Source of the DNA: Paramecium tetraurelia
Taxonomy: Eukaryota
Reading direction: 5' to 3'
Assembly: GCA_000165425.1 (NCBI GenBank)
Contig: CT868452.1
Coordinates: 372,001 to 436,000 of the forward strand
DNA: 64,000 bases
The position numbers and the translations under genes are program-made. Shown here piece after piece: positions 52,528 to 64,000 of the stretch (the first letter of the stretch is position 1; every line of letters starts with the position of its first letter). A model generated the notes under the pieces. The model saw only the letters and a program-made list of their open reading frames with translations. It did not search any database and was not told the DNA's origin.

Positions 52528-53716
52528 TCACTTAAATGATTTAGTTTTAAAGTGTATAATATCGCCGTCTTTAACAATATAATCTTTTCCTTCTTTTGAA
52601 AACTTCTTTTCATAGTTATCCAAGGCATTATCTCCTAGCTTCTTAAATTTATCAAACGACATAACCTCTGCATTAACGAATCCCTTATTATAATAAGAAA
52701 ATACTTTTTCAAAATCTGAATGAATGGCAGCAGCTGCTTGAGGAGCTTTAATGTTTTTCTTGATAGTCCAACTTCTGACTTCATCTGAACCAACAGTGAA
52801 AAATCTAATCAAATTTAATAAATCATATCCCGCGATAATCATTTGATCTAATAATTATTATTAATCCTGATTTTCAACGGAGTAATAGACTATTTTGCTA
52901 TCTGGACTATTTTTGGATACCCATTATTCAATAGGTTTTGCATACTTATTTTATTTCTTAGCTACATAGGCATCATGATCCTCTTTGGATAAATTAATTA
53001 AGTAAATAGATGGCTTTGCAGTTAATAATTAAATTTTCCGTAATTGTATTTATTCTAAATCGGTCCATTTTTGATATCGAACCCATTATTTCTTCTTTAA
53101 TAGTTCATCACATTTTTGCAAGACTTTATATTATTCTACCATATCTCTAGCTTCAACTGAAACATTTTTATTAGCTTCATACTTTTTAATTTTTTTGCTG
53201 TATTCATCTACTCTCTTTGATACAAATTGATAATCCTTAGCCATTAATTCTTCTGAAATAATTTATAAATCTCTTATTGGATCCATGGTGCCTTCAGTAT
53301 GTACAATTTTCTCTTTCTCAAATGCTCTCACAACTTAATACAATCCATCCACAGCTTGAATGTGAGCCAAAAATTCATTTCCTAATCCATATCCTTCAGA
53401 TGCTCCTTTCACTAAACTAGTATTGCAATGATTGTTATGATTACCCTGCAATGTCGATGATGCTTAGTGTAGAGAAGACCTATGACTTGGGTTTGAAGAT
53501 CTAACATAGATAATCAAATCTGGGATCAGGGACTTTGACTACTGCTTAATTTGGATCAATGGTACAAAATGGGAAGTTTTCAGCTGGCACAGATTATTTA
53601 CTAAGCATGTTGAATGTAGAACTCTTTATAGAAATTGAATTAGTTACCTTACCAACGTTGGCCATGCCCACAATTCCCATTTTCAAACTTGAACTTAAAC
53701 GAGTCAATTAGGCCAT
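52528..53716 (-). CDS. OLA1: Obg-like ATPase OLA1/YchF
   Basis: MGIVGMANVGKS, AENFPFCTIDPN, DIAGLVKGASEG.GLGNEFL, and TGS domain FFTVGSDEVRSWT...YIVKDGDII. Three tiny introns. Confidence 0.95.
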
Positions 53717-53726
53717 TAATAAATTT

Positions 53727-55217
<1,491 letters not shown>

Positions 55218-55253
55218 TTTTATATTATTATATTGATAAATTGGTTTCACTAT

Positions 55254-56285
55254 ATGAAAAAGACTTATAACTTAAAAATTGAATTAAATAGCTCAAGTTC
55301 TTCAGAGAGAACTTCCCCTTACTTAGACAGTGATGGCTAGTATAATATTCATAAGTTATACAAGGGAGTATTATGATTATTTTGATGTAATTAAAATTGA
55401 TAATATAACTTATGGTGAAGTCAGTGCTAAAAGATGTGGTAGGATTACTATGGAAGATAGGGTATGTCATAATTGGAATATCTCACTAGTTTTAAGCAAT
55501 TGCAGACTTTGATGGAAAATAATAGCAATTTTATTTTGGGGTCTTTGATGGTCATGGGGGGTCTTATGTAGCCAAGTTACTTCGAGAACAATTGCATTCT
55601 CATTTAAAAAATAATTAGTTTTTCAATATTGATATTGAATAAGCTATTTTAGAAAGTATTCATCAATTTATATTTCTCCCAAATTAGGTTTTAATTAAAT
55701 GAATATTGACATTCTTAAATAATAACATCTGTTGATGAAAGATGGAGGTTCAACTGCTTTGTGTGTTATCAATGTAGGTAAAGAGCTATTTGTAATCAAT
55801 GTTGGGGACAGCGCTTGCGTATTAATTGATAAAGATTTCTAAATAACTAAATTAAATTAGGAACATAAACCTGATAGATTGGATGAATCTAAAAGAATTA
55901 CAGATAACAATGGATTTGTTTTGACCATCAAGTATAAACACAATTAAAAAGAAATTAGGCTAGAATTAATGGTGAATTGGCAGTGAGTAGATCATTTGGT
56001 GATCCAAAATACATTGAACATGGATTAACTGCTATTCCTGAAATCACCAAGTTGCAATTGAATGAGAACTCTAAATATTTAATTCTAGCCACTGATGGAT
56101 TTTGGGATGTGATTACTAATCAAATTCTCCAAAAGTTGCTGATAAATTGGGACAACTTTAAAGAAAAAGAAGGTCTCTCCCAATATTTACTGGAATCAGC
56201 CTTAAAATAACAGACTAATTATAAAAAAGACAATATGACAATCATCATCATTGATTTAATTATTTATTTCAATAAATTATAATGA
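55254..56285 (+). CDS. Protein phosphatase 2C (PPM family)
   Basis: RITMEDR, VFDGHGG, GSTA, NVGDS, EHKP, LAVSRSFGD, LILATDGFWD and DNMT. Four tiny introns. Confidence 0.95.
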
Positions 56286-56452
56286 TTTACATTATTTTAT
56301 AATGATAATGATTTTGATCTATTCAGTAGTATCATTTTTGAAAATATAATCTTCATATGTATTTTTGTATTATATATGAAATAAATCAATAATTGAACAA
56401 TATCAATGAGGAATAAGCATTAGTACTTTAGTAATAAAAATAATATTTAATC

Positions 56453-57331
56453 ATGAACATTAGAAAATATCAATAAATATTGATATTCAAATTAAGAAAA
56501 TAGAAAACTGATTTCTATTTCGAGTTAATGCATTCAAATACGGAATTGTGTTTTGAATTTCTATTTGGATAAAATTTTTATAATATTAATTATCTTGTAA
56601 ATGACTTAGGAAACTTTGAGATAGTTGGCTAGATAACTCAATAAAAACAAGTTTCTTGTAATAGTTTTTTCATTGAAATTAGATTGCAAAACCTGCCACA
56701 GATGTATTCTAATGTGTTTAGGCTTTTATATTGTTGGTTAAAGGAGTAAAAATATAGGATTGGCTTCTGGCTTAATTATTGATGAGCTGTAGCTTACCCT
56801 AGATGGTGGAGACTATTATTGAAAAGAAGATTGATTATGCAAATGTTATTTTGTGCAAAAAGCTTTATCAATTAATACCTCAATAGCAAAATTCTTTAGG
56901 GAAACTTATATACTAATTAATAAGTTAAAGTTTAAATTTTTTGGAAGGTGAAAGAGGCAAGTCTTAGAGAAGCAAAAGCACTATTCTAAGGCACGAACCA
57001 AGCGTTTTATGGTAATAGCATTAATAAAATAATTTCATTTTAAAATAAGAATGCTACTAATCAAAGGTGTAAGGAGGATTTACAAAAAATATTTTAACAT
57101 AGAAAAATCATAAAGAATTAAAAAATTAAGGAGGAAGATGAAAAGAAATTTGAATTATTAAAAGAAAAAATGAAAAAAATTAATAAAAATAGTTATTTTA
57201 TATCTCCTAGAAAAATATAATTTGAATAATAGGAAAAGATAATTCTCAGCAATAATAATTCAGAAAGACAACTTATCCATAACAAGTAAATGAGATCCCT
57301 AAGATCTTTCAGATCTTCATTTTACGATTGA
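56453..57331 (+). pseudogene. Hypothetical or decayed gene
   Basis: Long coding-like runs with at least two frame breaks that I could not attribute to introns. Confidence 0.35.
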
Positions 57332-57392
57332 ATAAAGCATTTAAACTAATGATTTTGTTTTACTTTATATTATATATTAATATAAAATAATA

Positions 57393-59086
57393 TCATTCTT
57401 GTTAATGCTTTTTTAACAGGTCTGTATTAGTAGGGTCATTTTAGAGTGGTTGGATCTATTCTACGTCTTTAGAATTGATTTCCTTCTCCTCTAAGTGGGC
57501 ATATTCATCTTGCATAGTTAATATTTCGAAATCTTCATCTTTTAAATTTAGTTCAAACGGTTTCTAACTATCTTCTTTGACGTGATTGTGATTGTCCTCC
57601 TACTTAATAATATTCATTGCAACAGTACTTGCTTTTCTTGATACTGCTTCTTTTTTTAACTAATAATCTTAACTCTCAACATTAGGCAACTATTATATGA
57701 AGTAGATCTTACTATTTGATTAGACTTATAGTTTTAATCCTGTATTATAATGCTATTTTCTAATTTGGATTAATTCTCTTCTTTGTTTACCATCGAATCC
57801 ATGGTTAGAGTTGGAAATGGAATACCAATTGAGTGAAATTTAGAAATAAACTTATTTGAATACTAAGTTTAGAGTATAAATTGAATCCTGGAAAGCTCAT
57901 AAATTTAATTCGATATTGTGAGTTTCATTTCTCCAATTCTCTTCAATTTTTCGTAATATGGAAAGAATAAATTTAAGTTGATTAGTTTTCCATTACTTTC
58001 AACTCTGATGATTTTGCCAAAGATATTTTTTATTATTTTAACATTCTTAAATTCAGGATAATACATGGCTATTACATGATTAATTGCTTCGAATTGCATA
58101 TAACTTTGGTTCATTAGAATTACTATGTAAGATAATAATAAGAGAGTTGATGCTATAGATCCTGAATCTGCCAATATCTCACTTATTTTCGGATAGGTTA
58201 TTTAAGAAATAGTTTGAATTTGATCGACTTTATAATAGAAAACGGCATAAGTTTCGTAACCCAACTTTTTTCCAAAATATTCTTTATTCATAGAGTTGCC
58301 TGTCACTTAATAATCAGTAATGTATTCGTAATCATCGAAACTTTCAAACAAAAACCCTTAATCTACCTATGTGTCTGAGATCTTCGTATTTACTTAAGCA
58401 TAGAATGTACTATCTTTTGTTAAGGGGATGACCAACTCTTTGTCAATATTGTCCAAAGTAACAGCATTAGTATTAAATTCTTTTTTGAACTATTTGACAA
58501 TTAATGTATTGGTTTATTAATCGAAGAAATTTTGTATAGTTTCATTATCAGCACATTTCTATCCTTCTTGTAAATACACACCCAAGCACTAGCCAAAAAC
58601 AACCATCATTTCAATTTGAGGATTTTCAGTTGTGAGTTCACTACTTGTTTGTATAGTAAGGTTTTGAAGTTCAACGATGTGGAAATTAAACATGTTAGTT
58701 TTTTTCTTATATTGTTAGGGATATCCTCTATCGGGAGATTAGCCATTAACGAAATAATAAATAACAGGTTAAAGAATGACAGCTTCTGGATTGAATGGGT
58801 CAATCGATGTGTATGAATATTTTCTCATTTCTATTTGCATAAAACTCTCATTAAGTTCCAATTTGTAATCTTGTACAAAATTGGATAAGGTAGTAACTTT
58901 TGGCAAAATTTATCCTTATTGCCATTGAACCAACATGTACACCAAATATGAAAAACTCAATCCGTAAAGCAAAACTGACATCACTCCCCCTTAAACAGTT
59001 TTGTATTCTGATGTTGAATATTAAATATTGGGGTAGAAGGAAACTCCGAATTAGTCTAAGCTTTTGATAAACTTTATCATGTTCAT
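57393..59086 (-). CDS. Ciliate-expanded membrane protein with two main TM segments and a large luminal loop
   Basis: MNMIKFIKSLDQFG...EYKTVQGGVMSVLLYGLSFSYLVYMLVQW (TM1) and YPKISEILADSGSIASTLLLLSYIVILM (TM2), followed by a cytoplasmic tail. Confidence 0.8.
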
Positions 59087-59172
59087 TTAATACAAAATTC
59101 AAGTTTGTTTAAATATTATTATTAAATTAAACCTTGAATGTTGGAAATTCGTTTTTAATATATAATAAATTA

Positions 59173-60313
59173 ATGAAGGTCATCCTCATAGCATTATTGT
59201 TAACTTTCAGCATGGCAGCTCATTTTGATAAAAAAACAATTCACAAGCATATCGAAGACTTGCACAAATCTAAATGGGGATAAACTTTGTTGTCAATGAT
59301 GGCATTACATTCATAATCACAAGGACCTGTTGATGAATTGGTCTAGGCTATCGAAGACTTAGTTGCTGACTTACAAGAGGAATTAGATGTTTTGGAATTT
59401 AATTTCGGACAAAGAACAAATGAACATCACAAAATTGTGACAACATTGGAATAAGAAATCAATTAAGCTTTCGTTGATTATTAAAGAACTTAAGACACTC
59501 TTGAAAACTTACTTTACCCAAGAAGAGAAAATTTGAAAAACAAAATTGAATAAATTCAAGACTATTAAGAGGCTAATAGGTATAAATATTAAATTACATT
59601 CATCTAGAAAGACTTTGGCTGAAGCATAATTAAAGAGAGAAAATGAGAAGGAAGAATTTGAAGCCTAACTTGCAGATTTTAATTCAGCTGTAGAGTCAAC
59701 AGATCAAGCTTTAGAATTGCTTTACAGTTTAAGAAACTAATCTCTTGGATAAGTGTCAACATCAAACATTAGAAAAATTCATGTTCAATTAAACATGATT
59801 GAATAAAGAATCAGAGCTCACAGCAAACATGGACCATTAATAAAGGCTTTAATTTAATTAGCAAATGAATAAAATTTCTCAAACTAAGATATCGTTGGAA
59901 CCATCTTAGACAAATTGAATGAATTTAGAAATGCTGTTGTAGATGCAATCAATGATTCCACAGCATAAGAAGCTAAAGATTAATAAGAATTTGAGGAAAG
60001 AGTAGAACAATTAGATCATGAATTTTCAGAATTTGGTAAATAAATCAGTAAAATTACAGTCGATTTAGAAGCTACCATAAGTATGTCTTCAATCTAATTA
60101 TTAGCTAAAATCAATGAATTAACTGAATACTCTGCCTAAAGAGATGCAGATAGATAGAGATTCTAATCCCAATTGAACATTGAGAATGATAGTTATGCTG
60201 AGGAAACTAAAATATATTAAGATATGAAAAATGAGTACATTAGAGAATAAGAAGTTGCTGAATCAGCTGAAAAGGTTGTTAGAAGTGCTGATTTTTCAAA
60301 TATTAAGATATGA
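59173..60313 (+). CDS. Trichocyst matrix protein precursor (TMP/GRL family)
   Basis: Signal peptide MKVILIALLLTFSMA, pro-region KSKWGQTLLSMMALH, mature start GPVDELVQAIEDL, and two acidic coiled-coil halves with a basic linker. Two introns. Confidence 0.88.
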
Positions 60314-60420
60314 TAATTATTTTATTACAAACTCAATCAAAGAATAACATCAATAAATATAATGTAATTATTTTATCGAATATGAATTTAACTTCAAACT
60401 ATTCTATAATCATATTAATT

Positions 60421-61299
60421 TCAGGATGAAAGATCAAAATCTTTGCTTTTTGAAATGGACTTACCATTTTCAAACTCTCCAATGGCAACTCTTCCATCTA
60501 AAATTATCATCCCTATTCCATGTTTTTTATCTCTACTATAAGAGCCAACATACATCTGTCCATTAGGCCATTCAAACTCTCCATATCCATCCATTTCATT
60601 ATTCTTCCAAAAGCCTATGTATCTTCTTCCATCCTGATAAACCATCCTTCCGAATCCACACATTGTATTATCCACAAATTCTCCAACATAATAAGTTCCA
60701 TCATTCCATTAGTATCTTCCAAAGCCTTCCCTTTTATTGTTAATAAGATTTCCATGATAGTTCTTTTAACTTCGAACTTAGGGAAACTCAATTGACAACT
60801 CTTTTATCTGAATTATAGGCTTTAAAAATTCGTTATAATATGTTCCGCTCAAAATTTTATTAAAAAACCATCTTCCTTCAAATACATCACCTCTACTCAT
60901 AATTAATCTTCCAGAACCGTGGATCTAGCCAAAGATAAAATGCCCTTCAAATAAAATCGATGTCTTTTTTGAAACCAGTTTACCAAAACCATGAGCTTTC
61001 TCATACTGAAATTGGCCATAATAAATTAAGTCGCTGTTTTATTCAAAAGGCTCTTTTACGCTGAAGAACCTTTTATACATGGTTTTCTCAACTGATTTCT
61101 ACTGAAAATAGGCAAAGCTTTTAGACTTTTAACTTGATTTAATTCGTTCAAAGGCTGAACCTTAAACAAATAAAGAGTTCAAAGAATTCTTATTTTCAGC
61201 TTGAGTTTCGAGAGTACTATCTGTAGATTGAATTTCTTTTAATGCATTTTTGAATTCTTTTTCAAATTGGGTGAGATTCTTAAAAGGCAATTCTAACAT
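60421..61299 (-). CDS. MORN repeat protein
   Basis: Repeats such as YYGQFQYEKAHGFG, YIGFWKNNEMDGYG and YVGSYSRDKKHGIG. Confidence 0.88.
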
Positions 61300-61330
61300 T
61301 TACAAATAATAATTATTGTCAAATTATAAC

Positions 61331-62312
61331 TCATTCAATTTATTTACCTTCCTGCCATTTAGAAATTTTTGGTTTACTATTTAGTTACTTAAGAACCGCA
61401 TCGCCATGATTCAATCCATCAACAAAATCACCAAAATAAACAACTCCACTTTTATACTTAAACACTCCAAAACCATGCTTTTTACTTTTTTTATAATATC
61501 CTTTGTATTCTTCCGAATTTGGCCATATATAATGTCCAAATCCTTCCATCTCTCCATTGACCCATTCTCCTTTGAATTTACTACTATCCGCAAATTCCAT
61601 CACTCCATATCCATTAAATTTATCATTTTGAAATTATCCTTCATATTTAGTGCCATCCTTCCAAGTATAGACTCCATAGCCGTGTCTTTTCCCATCAAGT
61701 ACCTAACCTTAGTATACAGCACCGTTAGGGAATTCCAGTTTTTTTTTTTCAAGTTTTGTGTTTAATTTGCATTCATCCTCAAAGTCTTTAAACATACCAT
61801 TATCCCCTAGAATTTTGTCAGCAAAAAACTCTCCTTACTAAATTTAATGCAAAAATATACATAATAATCTCCGTTTTCGTAAATAATCAAACCTTTTCCA
61901 TGCTTAAGACTACATGAAAATTATCCCTCGTAATAATATTGTTTTTTTAAGTAATATTTGCAATAACCGAATTTGTGTTGCTTAATCAATTTACCTTAGA
62001 ACCATTCTTTTTCATTTTCGTATTTCTCTACCTTCTCATTAACACTTTTTTAGATTAAAAGTTCATCCCTCACCTTTGAAATTTGAATAGGCAAATAGAA
62101 CTACAAATATAAGCATAAGAAATCACATTTCTAATGATTACGGTCCTATTTCCAGGCGTTATACTTCTTTGGTTTTACAGCTGAACTGCTGATTTATTAG
62201 TTGCGACGTAAGTTTAAGCATGTACATTTCTATGTAACTGCAATCCTGATTCACTTGGCATCGTTTTTGTATTACTGGTTTTGTTGTTTTGCTCTATTTC
62301 TTTTGATTTCAT
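61331..62312 (-). CDS. MORN repeat protein (second, in tandem)
   Basis: Repeats such as YEGQFQNDKFNGYG, FKGEWVNGEMEGFG and YKGYYKKSKKHGFG. Tiny introns; the start is approximate. Confidence 0.85.
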
Positions 62313-63115
62313 TCTCAATGTTTTTATATACTAATTTATTTAATATCTGGGAGCTACTAGATTTCACCATTTATACTGAGATTTGAAAATATTAAACTTA
62401 ATATTGAAGTTAAAATACAGATCATTCAAGCAGTCTTTTGTTCATTAACTAATTTTTTTGATTTCAAAATTCTATATGAAAATCGCTCTTAAAAACGAAT
62501 TCAGAAGAGAATATTAGAGATTATTAATCTTTACTTATAATAAGTTACTTTTCTAATTACATGATATTATTGAATAATATTAGTAATTTGCAACAATAAC
62601 ACGTTCATGAGGTTAAAATAAAGAATTTTTTATTTAAAAAGTGATTATCTAAGAATACAATTACAAATACCCTTATTAATTGGATCTAATATAAACATTG
62701 AATTTATTCTTAGAATTCCTAATTTTTATTTATTTCTTTGTTTTAGATTATTAATTATTTTAAATCAGATGAATTATTTAGATATGATTCAAATATATTT
62801 TGGCTATTTAGGTTACATAATCATTATGTTTATAAATTTTGAACTTAACTCAAAATTAATATATATATATGCATGACAATTAGATTTATATTTACTTAGT
62901 TTCTTGAGGTCCATGAATATTTAATTTATAATATATCAAAGAATTATTAGTTGTTACTGATATCAAATGTGTATTAATTATTATTTATAGACTAATTAAA
63001 AATTACATCTGGTTAAGTAATAAATTTTGGAAGATATTTAATTAGCACATTTTGACACAAATATTATGAAAAAAAGAAAAAAATAAATTTAATAAAATAT
63101 ATATCGAAATATCTA

Positions 63116-64000
63116 ATGACCTCATAAGGATGTAGTATTATCACCATATTTAGAAAATACTAAACTATATACGTTCTAATCGAACAATACTTAAAGCTCC
63201 CTAAATAAACCAAGAATGGTCAAATATTAAGTTTTAAGAAAATAAACAGGTTTGGGATCGAGGATCATTAGATAACCTGACTCTAGTGTAGAGGAGTAAA
63301 TAATTGAAACTTGCAAGTCACTTATGCCAACAAGACCAGATACACAATAATCAAAATAAAAAAATGGAACTTAATCTGCCTAAGAAAAACCATAAACAAG
63401 AGAGAATCATGCATCTCGACTTAGAACTCCGAAATCAGAGAGTTTATTAAGAATTAAGAGCCAAGAAAATTAAATTGAAGACTTTTAGCCAATCAATTAA
63501 TAATTCAACTATGTGGATGAAATACCTTTGGATCACCCAATTTGGAAACTAATTTTGCCAGATGTTTAAAGTGTTAACATTCCTAAGCTTATAAATGACA
63601 ATCCAGATTATTTCCATCATTAATTAGGTAAATCTAATGGAATAAATTTAATTTCTAGGTTTTTGCGCTTGCTATAAATGTGAATGTGGTTAGTGTAAAT
63701 GTAATTTCTCTAAAAATTGTAAATTGAATTATTAATCTTCTCAAAATACTGTTTATGGCAAAGATTTCTTACATAAACAAACTGGATATAATTCTCTTCG
63801 ACCATTGAATTAAACGTATTACTCCACTCAATTTTTTAATCAAAAACCAATTGATCAGCAAAGTTCACAATAAGTAAGTTTAAAATTTAGAATTTAGACA
63901 TCATACAAGCAATTCAAAATCCCAGTATAAGAAATGCTTAGGCCATAATCACAAGAGCATCGAGGAGATTTCTTAGGCAATAGTAGCTACAAAGTACTCT
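63116..64000 (+). CDS. Partial gene with a CxCxxCxCGxCxC motif, SAXO/FAM154 (STOP domain)-like, truncated by the window end
   Basis: After an intron near 63629-63658 the frame reads GFCACYKCECGQCKC, followed by NTVYGKDF, resembling an Mn/STOP repeat. The 5' exon structure is uncertain. Confidence 0.55.

Overview
Gene-dense, AT-rich ciliate macronuclear DNA, almost certainly Paramecium. TAA and TAG read as Gln, TGA is the only stop, introns are 20-35 nt GT..AG, and epiplasmin and trichocyst matrix genes are present. The supplied ORF track uses the wrong genetic code and fragments every gene. Re-reading by hand with code 6 gives about 30 protein genes. These include eEF2, an FtsH-type AAA ATPase lacking its protease domain, DLEC1/CFAP81, a double-domain universal stress protein, a probably inactive signal-peptide-peptidase homolog, epiplasmin, a DUSP-USP deubiquitinase and dihydropteridine reductase. 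The window also holds a large multi-C2 protein, a P5B ATPase, a DNAH1-type inner-arm dynein heavy chain interrupted by an assembly gap, a TOM1-like VHS-GAT adaptor, OLA1/YchF, a CDPK, a PP2C, a trichocyst matrix protein, two MORN proteins and a SAXO-like gene cut off by the window end. There are several decaying gene relics, the clearest being a UPRTase. I saw no transposons, telomeric repeats, tRNA, rRNA or CRISPR arrays. I cannot claim a proven new system. The best leads are a local cluster of small MG-C dual-acylation proteins, two pseudo-proteases, an acylated DUF4430-like protein, and a head-to-head gene pair whose start codons are 10 bp apart. Family calls rest on motif recognition, not database searches. 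Coordinates were counted by hand and may be off by a few bases.
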